This document shows positions 1-10,337 of a DNA stretch of 46,275 nucleotides, in pieces (positions within the stretch are counted from its first letter, which is position 1; every line of letters starts with the position of its first letter). Below the pieces are notes generated by a model that saw nothing but the letters and a program-made list of their open reading frames with translations, did not search any database and was not told the origin of the DNA. A program made the position numbers and the translations under genes. Source of the stretch: Candidatus Sigynarchaeum calidifontis (lineage in GTDB: Archaea > Asgardarchaeota > Lokiarchaeia > Sigyniarchaeales > Sigyniarchaeaceae). The stretch spans positions 1 through 46,275 of the forward strand of contig JAUQYZ020000146.1 in NCBI GenBank assembly GCA_030587475.2, read 5' to 3'.

Positions 1-1
1 T

Positions 2-3000
2 GGTCTTTGCATTAGCCCCGGCATTTCCGCTCAATGCTCTCCCGGAGATCGCTTCGGTGCCCGACCACGTCGCGTTGATGAGCACAACGGCGGTCGTCGC
101 CGTCGGGGACGCTGTTACCGAAAAGACCTGGTCCCTCGTGCCGGCTGACGCAACGAGCACGGCCACGGTATTATCCTGGGACAAGTGGGTGTACGAACCG
201 AACGTGAGCGTCGCATCCACCGTGGCGGATGCACCGCCCGTGTTGGAGAATGTGATCGTGACCGTGAAGCTCATGCCGCCCACGTACGGGCCGGCCCCGT
301 TGGAGCCTGAAATCACCAGGTTCGAGATGGAGACGACTGCTTGCGACAAGACAGTGACCAGTACTGTATTGGCGCCTTGATTGCCGGAGACGGGACGGTT
401 GGAGTATTGCTCGGTCCCGGACCAGGTCGCGCCGATCGTGACGCTGGCGGGGGTCCCGCCGCTGGCGATCGTGACCGTAAAATCCTGGAAGCCCGTCCCG
501 GATGCAGCAACCGTGATGCCAGAGGGATTGTTCTGCGACATAAAACCGTAGCCACCGAACGTGAGCACCGAATCGACGTTCAAGACAGCCGTGCCACCCG
601 AGTTCTGATAATTGACCCGGATGCCGAAGCTCATGCCGGCGACGTACGTCCCGTTCCCTGTCGTCCACACGATGCTCGTGATGGCGATGTTCGAGACGGT
701 CTGGACGAGGATCGTGTCCGTGGTGGTCGCGGTGATGTTGACGGAGCCCGTGGTGTTTTTCGTCGCGGTGAACCTCGAATCGATGATGATGGCTCCTATC
801 GACGCGCCGGATTGGATCGTGACGTTGAAAGTATATTGCATAGAGGTTTGTCCAACTATTGTAATTCCCGTGAAGCTCACCGGGCTGCTTGTGAAGCCAG
901 AACCTCCAAAGAGCAAGTTCAAGGTACCCGCGGACAAGGACAAGTACTTGTCGTTGTTCGTGATGGTCACTTGGGTGAGGAAAGTGGCATACCCGCGCAC
1001 GTATGCTGGTTGATTCGTTATGTCTACCACGGTCATTTGCAGCTCGTTAGGTACGAAGATGCTGATCGTGTCTGGCGTGCTGGCCGCGTCATCGGAAACT
1101 ATTCGTCCCGAAATTTCCTCCACGCATGTAAAATTCGCGTTGATCATCACGCTCCGGGGTAATGCAGAAGGTAATACGGTCACGTTGAACCGGAGCACCC
1201 TCGATCCACCCGCCGCGATGGAAATCCCCGTGTACTGCGTCACGTTCGGGCTCAAATCGCCGGCAGGATTGAAGAGGAGCCGAGCGATTCCGCTGCTAAC
1301 TTGGGTCCCACCCGCGTTTCTTAAGACGACCTCCACGATGAACGATTGGTTGCGCAAGTATTGCGGCTGGTTCGTGATATCGGTGACCGTGTCGACGAAA
1401 GCATTCGCTTGGGCTTGTAAGGACACCCCTACCGTGTCGGCGGGAACGTCACCACTGAGCGAACGACCCGATATTGCTTCGATTCCCGTCCAGGTCGCCG
1501 TGATCGTGACCGCGGCGGTTGATGCACCAGCTGCAGCGGTTATCGTGAAGACTTGTGATGGCGTTCCCCCGGGATTAACGGTGATGGCCACGGGATCACT
1601 CCAGGAGAGTCCCGTGTAGGAACCGTCGTCAATCGTCGCATCGACATTCGTCGCAGCCGTCCCGCCGGTGTTCCCGTACGTGACCGTGATCGTGAAACTC
1701 ATGCCGGCAACGTACGGGCCAGGACCGTTGCTGCCAGACACGACCATGCTCGTGATAGCCACGTTCGCCTGCGCCTGGATGGACACCGTGAGGGTATTAG
1801 TGCCCGCATTGCCGTTCAATGCCCGGCCGGAATATTGCTCGGTTCCGGTCCACGTCGCGTTGATCGTCACAGTCGCGGTCGGGGCATTGGCCTGGATCGT
1901 GAGCTGGAAGTCTTGGGAGCCGGTTCCACCACCAGCAGCGATGTTCACGCCGCTCGGGTTGGTTTGCACGATGTACCCGTAGCTGCCGCCGTTAAAGTTG
2001 AGAACCGAATCCACGCTCAAGGCCGTCGTGCCGCCCGTGTTTGTGTAACTGACCCGGACGTTGAACACCATGCCGCCCACGTAAGTTCCCCCGCCCGACG
2101 TGTACACGATGCTCGTGATCGAGACCGCGGCCCGGGACTGGATGGCAACTTCCAGGTCGTTCGTGTCTTCCGTTGCACCACTCACGACCCTGCCCGAATA
2201 ATCTTCCACGCCGGTGAAGGACGCGTCGATGATGGCCGGGTTGATGCTCGTGGCGCCCACCGCGACCGTGATAAGGAAGTCTTGCCTGGCCGTGCTGCCA
2301 GCAAGAACGCTGATCGATGCTGACCCGTTCGAAGTGAGGTGCGGGTACCCGTTATAGTTCAAGCTGGTCACGAGGGACTGCACGGTCGTGCCGCCGGTAT
2401 TCTGGTAATTCACCCGGATCACGAACGTCTCGCCGCCGATGTATGGCCCGCTCACGGTCTGGTCCACGATGCTTAATATGATGATGTTCGCCCGGGACTG
2501 CACGGGAAGATCGAGATCGTTGTTGTCGCCCGTCGCACCGCTCAATGTCCTGTTCGAGTATTGCTCATACGCCGTGTACGACGCGTCGATCGTGAGGGTC
2601 TGGGTGGTTGCCGATGTCGCCAACGTTATCAAGAAATCCTTGTAGACCGTGTCCCCCGTCGCGGGAATGGTGATGGGGCTCGTGGCGTTGGCGCTCGCGT
2701 ACGAGTACCCGTTGAAGTTCAAGCTCGTCACGAGATTAAACGCCGCCGTGCCGCCCGTGTTCACGTAAGCGACGCGGATGACGAAGCTCTCGCCGCCAAT
2801 GTATGGACTGCTCGCGGTTCGATCGATGATGCCCGTGATCTGCACGTTTGCTTGCGCTTGGATGGCGATGTCAAGGTCGTTCGAGTCGGTCGTCGAGTCT
2901 GACACGCCCCGTCCCGTGTACTGTTCCGTGCCCGTGGCCGTGGCATCTATCTGGACCGCGGGCTGGTTCGGAGCACCCGATGCTATGTACACCATGAAAA

Positions 3001-3930
3001 CCTGGCTCGCGCTCCCGAATGCGGGAACGGTCACTGATGTCGACGTGCCGAAGGTGACCGAACCAGACGATGATGACAGCGCCGAGGTAACTCCGAGGAT
3101 GGCAGTGCCTCCCGAGTTCAGGTAAGTGATGCGGATCTGGAAGCTCTCTCCACCCACGTATATTGCAGGGGATCGGAAAGCAACTAGCACGATGTTCTGG
3201 ATCGCAAGGTTCCCTTTGCCTTGGATATTGATGCCCAGCGGTCCGACCATGCTCCGCACCGTGAACAGCCTGCCCGAGATGTCCTCCACTCCCGTCGCGG
3301 TGAAATTGATCGAGACGTACGCGTTCGTCGCGCCGGCCATCACGGTCACGATGAAGGTTTGATATTCGATGCCAGCGGCGGGGACATAGACGGCCATCGC
3401 GTCCCCCGCTGATAGGAATGTGTATCCCCCGAAAGTCAAGGTGGCGTCCACCATCGCCCCGGTCCCGCCGTAGTTCGTGTATTCAATGCGTACTTGGAAC
3501 GTTTCTCCTTCGACGTAGATGCCCCGGCCGATCACGTCCAGGATCTGCGTGACTCGGACATCAGCTTTCGACTGGACGATCCACCAGCTCTTGACGTTCG
3601 AAAAGCCCCGGTAAAGAGCCTCGCCGGTTAGGATGTCCGAGCCCGTAACCCACGCGTCGATGGTAATGTTCAAGCCGCACGTCGCGTAGTCCTGGGCAGT
3701 CACCTCGAACTCGAAGAATTCTGAACGGCCCGCCTGGATGCTATTTGGTATCGAGAAGGTCTTGTACACGATATAATCGATGCTATAATCGGAACCCGCG
3801 TTCCGGAATGTCAAGCCGACATCGTTGATGATCGCATCGTTCGCCGCGTGGTTGAATATCTCCACGTTCACGAGCACGAGCTGCCCACGGACTATCGCGT
3901 GCGTCGACAGCACCGTGGTGATCTCGATCG
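2..3930 (-). repeat. About 11 tandem ~120-aa Ig-like (CARDB/DUF11-like) repeats inside the giant protein
   Basis: Motif Y(V/I)(G/A)GxxFx(I/V)xVxYxNxGGT...I.A.(W/F)TG.E.(Y/I)SGR recurs with ~360-nt spacing (near 3510, 3150, 2790, 2430, 2070, 1700, 1350, 990, 640, 280, plus a degenerate copy near 3900). Confidence 0.85.
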
Positions 3931-6900
3931 TGCTTTTCACGAACTGGATCGTGGCGCCCCCGACATTGCCGGCCTTGTCCCTCGCGAAGAATCGCCAGTA
4001 GATCGGCACGTTTTGCGGTAGCGAGTCCCAGACCGAAGTGTCCATCGACCCGTTCGCCGTGAAGTAATACGGGCCAAGGAATGTGCCTGGAGCGCCGACA
4101 CCGCCACTGCCGCCGGGGATGTAAACCTCGTACCACGAGAGCGCGAGCGAAGATTCCGAGATCACGACCGTGAACGACGGCCGCGTGCAGATATAGCTAC
4201 CATTCCCAGGGGCTAGTATCGAGACGTCGGGAACCTTTGTGTCATAATAGAACGGCACCGATATCGAGTTGACGTTGCCCAACCCGTCACTTGCCGTGTA
4301 CACGACCGAGGTAAAGGCATTCGGCACGAGGGCGTTGAGGTAAATCGTGTCCGTGCCGATGTATTGCCACGGGGAGTCTCGCGTGTAGGAAGACCACGGC
4401 ACCGGCGAGAACGTATACGTGTTCATCACCCCCGTGTTGTTGCGCGAGAGCGTGATAGCACTCTGGTCTCGGACCAGAAACTCGTGCGTGACGGTTTGCA
4501 CGTTCGTGTAGACCTTCACGTCGTCGACGAGCCACCCGCGATAATTGTTCAAAGCCCCATCCATCGAGTCGAAGGTGAAGTTGAGCCATAACGAGCGAAC
4601 CCCCGCGTACGCGCTCAAGTCCAGCACGACCTTCTGCCACGGGGCGATGTAACCGTTCGCTTGGTAGATGGGCGGCGACCACGTGACCTTGTCTATCGAC
4701 ACGTAGACGAACGAGTAGTCGTACGTGCCATTCTCGCCGTTCCGCCAGTGGTAAAACTCCAGGAACGCGGAGGTGACGCCGGTCAAGTCGATCGCCATGC
4801 TCACGATGGAGCCCCGCGCCCTTGCTCCAGTATTGAAGGTTCCCGTGTCCTCCCGTCCAAACCACATGGATTGCCCGTAGGAACGGTAAGAATCCGGCCA
4901 GATGCTCCAATACCCCGTGTAGTGCCACAATCCCGTGATCTGCTCCCACCTGATCGCCGTGCTGTCGAAGTTGTCGTGGAACCGCGTCACGTTACCGCCA
5001 ACGAGATTGATGGCATTCCCGAGGGAAATGATCTCCGGCGACCTTTTGTCGATGATGGATGTCTTGTTGTAAATGTAGATCTGCCACCCGTAGCCGTTGC
5101 TGTAAACCAGCGAGAGCATCTCGAGTACACCATCCGCATCGACATCACAAATCTCTGTCGTAACGGTTTTGGACGACGGGAGGACGATAGGCTGGCCGGG
5201 ATTACGCGATCCCAGCGTGCCAGTTGTCGAGTTGAGGAAGTCCGAGGCACGATCATTATCCCAATAAGACATTCGATATGCGTACGCGTTTGCCGTGAGC
5301 ATCATTATAATGTTCTGGGTCCATTTAGTGCCCGAAGGCACTGGCCCTGCATAATTGCTTGCTTGGAACCAATCGACGCACTGCCCGGCCGGGTTGATGA
5401 TCCCCACTGCCATGGGCGCGCTCGTCCAAGGGATATTCCATCCGATATACTGATGGGTCTGGTTATTCGTACTATTCACCTCATCAAGGATCAAGAAAGT
5501 TTCAGAATTGAACGTGAACCCCGCGGGGAACGTGTAAGTGTTGTAGTAGGCGTTGTTGTGGTAGATCGCGACCGTCCAGCCCGTCATGACTTGTGTCGGG
5601 CCTTGGTTGTAGAACTCGATCGCGTCTGCACCCGTGCAGACTTCGTTGATGACGATGTGTCCCAGGTCTTCTGCAGCGTATCCCTCGGCGGTGGTAGAGG
5701 ATTGCGTGTTGTTGGTCAAGGGGTTCACGACGGCCGAGAAGTCATGGTTCCGTTTCTGGCTCGCGCTCGTCGTGCCACCCACGAAGATCTCTTGGATGGT
5801 GTCGTAATCGACGTTTTCAATGGCCATGTCCAGGTATTGCGTCTTGAAGTTGTTGTAGTCGTAAAAGAGGGTTCGATATTTCAAGATAAAATCCGTGCCG
5901 TTCCATTGCATCACGTGGGTCGTGCCATAAACGTTACCTGTGCCAGAATAGGAATAATACCCGACCGTGCAAATCTCTGGCGTCCCGTCATAATCCATGT
6001 CGGCGATTTCGAGAGCATTGACACTGCTGGCGTATGACACGATATATCCAGGAGATCCAGTGAATGGATAGGTCTTCCAATAATATGCATAGGAACCCGT
6101 CGTGTAGACCATCCACACGGCCATGCGACGATCCGTGATCGACAGCGTCGTGCGGCTCACCTCCATCATGCGCACGTCCGCGTGGTTCGTCGGCTGGTTC
6201 CCGACAGTGAAGTTGGTCGAGTTCCCGCCCGTGATGATCTCGTAGTGCCCGTTCTTGTCGATGTCGGCTATCTTCACGGTCGAGATGCGCCCGGACAAGG
6301 AGGTGTGATAGTTCCGGTAGGTGCGAGTGCTGGTGGTTGCCACGTACTTCGTGCCGTCGAATTTCATGATGACAAACCCGGGGCGCTCGAGGCCCTTGTC
6401 CCAGTAATGCCCGGCACACACGATCTCGTCGATTCCATTGTAATCGAGATCCATGGCGTCTAGCGCGAGGAACTCCGTGTAATAATACGTGGAACCACCG
6501 CCAACGGCATCTTGGAAGCGGTAGCCGGGGGCATTCGGGAAGACCGAGTTGAACGGGTCGCTCCCCGATATCGTGTTGTTGGTGAAGAACGGGTCGGTAT
6601 CGTATTTGCGGTTCATGTTGTACTGGAGCATCCAGTTGATGCCAAACTTATACATTCCTGGGCCGTACAAGGCACCCGTCACGACGATCTCCGGAACGCC
6701 ATCGCTGTCGATGTCCTTGACGAGCATGCTCCTCATCGAGAAACCCAGGCCTCCGGACGCGGGCGGAACGTTAAATTGCTGGGAAGCAATGAGGATCACG
6801 TTATCTCCCATCTTCCGGTACACTTGAAGGTAGAAAGGATAGCCTGGATTCATAAGATCATTGCATAACAGCACGATTTCGTTCTGACCATCGAGATCCA

Positions 6901-9900
6901 CGTCTCCCGCCTTCATATCAACGTATTCCATGCTGACCGGGTTCTGGGACGCGATGATGGGCATGATGCTCGCGTCGTCCTTGGCCAGCGAGCCGCGGTC
7001 TTGCTTCTCGGGGAGGAGATTCATGAGGCTCAAGCAATGATAATATTTCGTGTAGGACGCCCAGTAAAAATTGGCACCCAGGATCAAGTAGCGTGCCCGG
7101 TTCTTTTTAACGGGGCCTTCGACGATCCTGGCCGCGAACGCCGATTCCGATCGCTCGAACGGGTAGTAATTGCCCTCGAATTCCATCTTCCCGTTTTCAT
7201 AGACGAGCTTGTGATACCCGGGCACGCCTTTCGTGCCTTTCAAGGTGGTGAAGAAGAGTTGGATTTCAATGTTGTAGTCCTCGTCCGGGTTGCTCGCGAT
7301 CACGTCTTTCACGAGAGTCGAGTATCTCGAGCCTGCCGAGCCCGCCTGGAGCACGGGCGTTTTCGAGAAGAGGTCGAATTCGAAACGCAAGGGCGCCGGA
7401 TCCAGGTCGAGACGTAAATCATCGATGATCAGCTGGCCGGCATACCCCGGGCTGAGCTCGAAAGACGCTATGTTGACTTGTTGCCACGCGTCCTCGCACC
7501 GCTGATTGATCACGATCAGCATCCCGTCATAAGTCACGTTGATGAACGAGCCCCAGGCGGCGCCGCTGATAGATACATCCACGCGTAGCCGGTGCCACAC
7601 GCCGTCGATCCAGTCATAACCCGTGTCGGTGAATGCCGTGCTCCAGTTGAAACCAATGTTGTTAGCACTGTCTACGGCAAGACGGAAAAAATTTTGCGAG
7701 GCGCCGCTGCCCTGATAGAGGTTCAAGAGCTGGAACGAACCCATATTCTCTCGCACGGTTTTTGCCCAGAACTCGATCGCCCCCTTGTTGCTCTCGGTGA
7801 AGCCTGATACCATGGCACGCGTCGGCGTCGAGATCATGTCGCACCGGTCGGAACCGTCGTTCCGCTTGAGGACCATCACGCTATCGATGGCATCCGCGCG
7901 CGATTCAAGGGCCACGTTGCCGGAAAACGTCCATCCGCCGCGTGCGAAACCGTCCTGGAACGCCTCGGTGCGCCAGCTCAGGTCTATGTCGTCGATCTGG
8001 GTTTTATAATTGATGTACGATGAGCCGGTATACGTCGCGATCTCGACGTGGTCGAACTTGGTCGGGGCTCCCGTGAACTGGATGGTGTATGACGAGCCGA
8101 AGACGGATCCACCGATCACCAAGCTCCAGCCAACGCCCATCCTGTACTGTATCTTGATCGTGTACCACGTGTTCGCAGTCACGGGCATGCTGGTACTCGT
8201 GAGGGTGTTGAAATTGTAGTAATAAAACAAATTGTTATAGATCAGGAACCGGCAAGAGCCCGTGGGGGTTTCGGTCGGCACGCCAACCGTGTCGTAGATC
8301 CCATCGGCTAGGTAGACGATCGTGGGCCGCGCGGTGTTGTTGGTCATAATCCGGAAGCTCACCTCGCCCATGTTGGGCACCGTGCCGGGCAATTCCCACC
8401 ATGCTTGGGCAAGGCCAACGGTGCTGGACGAGTCTGTCACTTGCAGCACCTTGTTCGTGCCCGATCGGACGACCGTGGCCGAGCATAGATTGTTACACGC
8501 CGACCGCCAGAATCCTTGATTGTTGATTTCACCCAGCTTGTAGTTTTCGAAAGTTTCTTCGAGGTAATATGTTTGCCGGGTCTTGATCACGACTTGCGCC
8601 GAGTAATTCCCGCTAGGCGATGATCTATGGCTGACGGTGCATACCACGTCCTTTAACCCATCTTGATTCACGTCCTTGATGTCCATGGCCGTGATTTCCG
8701 AATCTGCGAAGCCTTTACGGTTATATAACTTGAAATCGTCGATATAAAACTGGTTGTTGGCCGCGGAACCCGACGTGAAGAAGCATACCTGCCCGAGAGC
8801 CCCTCCAGCGCTCGTCCCGGTGATGAGATCGGGGGTCACGACGTGGCCGTCCAACGCCAGGTTGTAGAGGCCGGCGCTGCCGGCCATGCAATCGAACGTG
8901 ATGCCGAGCCTGGTCCATTTTCTCGCTTCCATGCGGTGTCCCGACCAATACCACCCATTAATTCCCCAATCGAACAGGTATAAATGCCCCCCGTTGATGA
9001 GCAACCGGCCAAGGATCTCGCCCGTGCTGGCATAGAAGTAGATGTAAAAGGCGTTGCTTATCGACTCGGCCGCGAGGTCCACCTCGAAAGTCACGTTGGC
9101 TATGCCCGCGAAGTTGTTCCACAAGTAGATATTGCCCGAGGGATCCGTGTCGGAGAACGAGAGGACCTCGAAATGGTCGCCGTACTTTTTTATCGTCTTC
9201 AGCTCGCATAAATACGAGTTGGAAGCGTCGCTCCACCCGTCGATGCCGTGCGGGTTCGTGCCCATCGTGTACTTGCCGAAATCGATCTCTTTCACGACCT
9301 CTTGCTCGCTGCTCGGAAAATCGAAGCTCACGTACTTGAACGCCCCGGACGCGTAGTTCAGCGTCATGATCACGGGTTGCTTCGGGCTCGACGTTAATAC
9401 CCGCTGATACCCTCCGAGGACGATCTCGGTGAGGTTGTCGAAGTTCAAGTCCACGAGGTCCAGGTCGTTCCAGACAGCTGAATAGACCATGCCACCTTGA
9501 TCGAGCACGTAATTATTCATCGCGCTGACCGTGTAGATCGCGTTGTATATCTGGTCAAATGCGAAGACAATGCTCTGGTCGCCATTTCCTGCAGAGGATG
9601 CGACTGCAGTCGAGACGAGATCCAGCTTGCCATCGCCGTTCACGTCGCCGAGCTTCAGCGCCGTGACGGTCGTGTTCCACGTGCCGTAAGAGGCTTCCCA
9701 TTCGGCGTCCCAAATAATCGGGTATTGCAGGACGTACCGCCGGTACAAGCCGCGGACCTGGTTCCCTTTCGTGATGTTTCCACCCAGGATTATCTCGAGA
9801 TTCCCGTTGTTGTTCACGTCGCCAAGGGCGACCGAGCTCCACGCGCTCATATATGATGACGATCCCGTATACCAGCCCACGAAAACAAAACTGGGGGTGG

Positions 9901-10309
9901 GCGCGGTCTCGTTTATCTCGTAGAGCATGAAGGCCCACGTCGTGTTCGAGGTCCCGTACGTCCCGGTCCACTGCTTCCCCGCGACGACGACGTAGTATTT
10001 CTTGTTATAGACGGAATACCCGTACGCCATGTCTTCTACCTTGACGTCGTATGAAGAAGAAGGCGTGTATTGGGCGAGTAACTCGGGATCCAGGTAGATC
10101 GACTCGTTGATGGCGGGGGGATTGACTGCCCCTTTCCCGCCTTGTTCGTCATCGGGAACGCCAAAGCCCGGCGATCCTTTTTCCTCATTTATTATGTTAG
10201 CAACGGGCATCCCGCCGAGCATTAACGGCGCGAATGTCCCCAAAACTGTCACCAACAGCGGCAACAGCGATTTGAATTGCTTTTGATGAAACACGTTTCG
10301 TGCGCGCAT
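2..10309 (-). CDS. Giant secreted/cell-surface protein, 3'-partial, at least 3436 aa: signal peptide, FG-GAP beta-propellers, 3 LamG-like domains, lamin-tail domain, MAM-like domain, tandem Ig-like repeats
   Basis: Hand translation from ATG 10309 gives MRARNVFHQKQFKSLLPLLVTVLGTFAPLMLGG (signal-like). The same frame reads as coherent protein at each point checked down to position 2 (...GTEAISGRALSGNAGANAKT). Its absence from the ORF track fits there being no stop inside the window. FG-GAP-type loops include GDVNNNGNLEIILG, GDVNGDGKLDLVST, KDIDSDGVPEIVVTG and ADMDYDGTPEICTVG. Confidence 0.92.
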   Translation of the reverse strand, partial: MRARNVFHQKQFKSLLPLLVTVLGTFAPLMLGGMPVANIINEEKGSPGFGVPDDEQGGKGAVNPPAINESIYLDPELLAQYTPSSSYDVKVEDMAYGYSVYNKKYYVVVAGKQWTGTYGTSNTTWAFMLYEINETAPTPSFVFVGWYTGSSSYMSAWSSVALGDVNNNGNLEIILGGNITKGNQVRGLYRRYVLQYPIIWDAEWEASYGTWNTTVTALKLGDVNGDGKLDLVSTAVASSAGNGDQSIVFAFDQIYNAIYTVSAMNNYVLDQGGMVYSAVWNDLDLVDLNFDNLTEIVLGGYQRVLTSSPKQPVIMTLNYASGAFKYVSFDFPSSEQEVVKEIDFGKYTMGTNPHGIDGWSDASNSYLCELKTIKKYGDHFEVLSFSDTDPSGNIYLWNNFAGIANVTFEVDLAAESISNAFYIYFYASTGEILGRLLINGGHLYLFDWGINGWYWSGHRMEARKWTRLGITFDCMAGSAGLYNLALDGHVVTPDLITGTSAGGALGQVCFFTSGSAANNQFYIDDFKLYNRKGFADSEITAMDIKDVNQDGLKDVVCTVSHRSSPSGNYSAQVVIKTRQTYYLEETFENYKLGEINNQGFWRSACNNLCSATVVRSGTNKVLQVTDSSSTVGLAQAWWELPGTVPNMGEVSFRIMTNNTARPTIVYLADGIYDTVGVPTETPTGSCRFLIYNNLFYYYNFNTLTSTSMPVTANTWYTIKIQYRMGVGWSLVIGGSVFGSSYTIQFTGAPTKFDHVEIATYTGSSYINYKTQIDDIDLSWRTEAFQDGFARGGWTFSGNVALESRADAIDSVMVLKRNDGSDRCDMISTPTRAMVSGFTESNKGAIEFWAKTVRENMGSFQLLNLYQGSGASQNFFRLAVDSANNIGFNWSTAFTDTGYDWIDGVWHRLRVDVSISGAAWGSFINVTYDGMLIVINQRCEDAWQQVNIASFELSPGYAGQLIIDDLRLDLDPAPLRFEFDLFSKTPVLQAGSAGSRYSTLVKDVIASNPDEDYNIEIQLFFTTLKGTKGVPGYHKLVYENGKMEFEGNYYPFERSESAFAARIVEGPVKKNRARYLILGANFYWASYTKYYHCLSLMNLLPEKQDRGSLAKDDASIMPIIASQNPVSMEYVDMKAGDVDLDGQNEIVLLCNDLMNPGYPFYLQVYRKMGDNVILIASQQFNVPPASGGLGFSMRSMLVKDIDSDGVPEIVVTGALYGPGMYKFGINWMLQYNMNRKYDTDPFFTNNTISGSDPFNSVFPNAPGYRFQDAVGGGSTYYYTEFLALDAMDLDYNGIDEIVCAGHYWDKGLERPGFVIMKFDGTKYVATTSTRTYRNYHTSLSGRISTVKIADIDKNGHYEIITGGNSTNFTVGNQPTNHADVRMMEVSRTTLSITDRRMAVWMVYTTGSYAYYWKTYPFTGSPGYIVSYASSVNALEIADMDYDGTPEICTVGYYSYSGTGNVYGTTHVMQWNGTDFILKYRTLFYDYNNFKTQYLDMAIENVDYDTIQEIFVGGTTSASQKRNHDFSAVVNPLTNNTQSSTTAEGYAAEDLGHIVINEVCTGADAIEFYNQGPTQVMTGWTVAIYHNNAYYNTYTFPAGFTFNSETFLILDEVNSTNNQTHQYIGWNIPWTSAPMAVGIINPAGQCVDWFQASNYAGPVPSGTKWTQNIIMMLTANAYAYRMSYWDNDRASDFLNSTTGTLGSRNPGQPIVLPSSKTVTTEICDVDADGVLEMLSLVYSNGYGWQIYIYNKTSIIDKRSPEIISLGNAINLVGGNVTRFHDNFDSTAIRWEQITGLWHYTGYWSIWPDSYRSYGQSMWFGREDTGTFNTGARARGSIVSMAIDLTGVTSAFLEFYHWRNGENGTYDYSFVYVSIDKVTWSPPIYQANGYIAPWQKVVLDLSAYAGVRSLWLNFTFDSMDGALNNYRGWLVDDVKVYTNVQTVTHEFLVRDQSAITLSRNNTGVMNTYTFSPVPWSSYTRDSPWQYIGTDTIYLNALVPNAFTSVVYTASDGLGNVNSISVPFYYDTKVPDVSILAPGNGSYICTRPSFTVVISESSLALSWYEVYIPGGSGGVGAPGTFLGPYYFTANGSMDTSVWDSLPQNVPIYWRFFARDKAGNVGGATIQFVKSTIEITTVLSTHAIVRGQLVLVNVEIFNHAANDAIINDVGLTFRNAGSDYSIDYIVYKTFSIPNSIQAGRSEFFEFEVTAQDYATCGLNITIDAWVTGSDILTGEALYRGFSNVKSWWIVQSKADVRVTQILDVIGRGIYVEGETFQVRIEYTNYGGTGAMVDATLTFGGYTFLSAGDAMAVYVPAAGIEYQTFIVTVMAGATNAYVSINFTATGVEDISGRLFTVRSMVGPLGINIQGKGNLAIQNIVLVAFRSPAIYVGGESFQIRITYLNSGGTAILGVTSALSSSSGSVTFGTSTSVTVPAFGSASQVFMVYIASGAPNQPAVQIDATATGTEQYTGRGVSDSTTDSNDLDIAIQAQANVQITGIIDRTASSPYIGGESFVIRVAYVNTGGTAAFNLVTSLNFNGYSYASANATSPITIPATGDTVYKDFLITLATSATTQTLTIDASYTAYEQYSNRTLSGATGDNNDLDLPVQSRANIIILSIVDQTVSGPYIGGETFVIRVNYQNTGGTTVQSLVTSLNYNGYPHLTSNGSASISVLAGSTARQDFLITVAVGATSINPAIIDASFTGVEDYSGRVVSGATEDTNDLEVAIQSRAAVSITSIVYTSGGGTYVGGMVFNVRVSYTNTGGTTALSVDSVLNFNGGSYGYIVQTNPSGVNIAAGGGTGSQDFQLTIQANAPTATVTINATWTGTEQYSGRALNGNAGTNTLTVSIQAQANVAITSMVVSGSNGPGPYVAGMSFTITVTYGNTGGTAATNVDATIDDGSYTGLSWSDPVAITVNPGGTPSQVFTITAAAGASTAAVTITATWTGIEAISGRSLSGDVPADTVGVSLQAQANAFVDTVTDITNQPQYLRNQSFIVEVVLRNAGGTQVSSGIARLLFNPAGDLSPNVTQYTGISIAAGGSRVLRFNVTVLPSALPRSVMINANFTCVEEISGRIVSDDAASTPDTISIFVPNELQMTVVDITNQPAYVRGYATFLTQVTITNNDKYLSLSAGTLNLLFGGSGFTSSPVSFTGITIVGQTSMQYTFNVTIQSGASIGAIIIDSRFTATKNTTGSVNITATTTDTILVQTVSNIAITSIVWTTGNGTYVAGMSFGIRVNYQNSGGTAVLNVDSVLTFGGYGFMSQNNPSGITVAASGTGFQDFTVTIASGGTPASVTIGATWSGTEQYSNRPVSGNQGANTVLVTVLSQAVVSISNLVISGSNGAGPYVGGMSFTVTITFSNTGGASATVDATLTFGSYTHLSQDNTVAVLVASAGTRDQVFSVTASPTATTAVVLINATWSGTEAISGRALSGNAGANAKT

Positions 10310-10337
10310 GTGCGACCAACCTTTCCATTGAAAGAGA

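Noticed and set aside
57-9971. Dozens of short ORFs on both strands in the ORF track (for example 341-1162 and 4661-6037)
   Set aside because: They are antisense or off-frame shadows of the giant minus-strand CDS, with no recognisable motifs.
2-10309. Calling the giant protein a true integrin or lamin homologue
   Set aside because: FG-GAP and LTD domains are widespread in prokaryotic secreted proteins. No integrin beta partner or lamin rod is seen.
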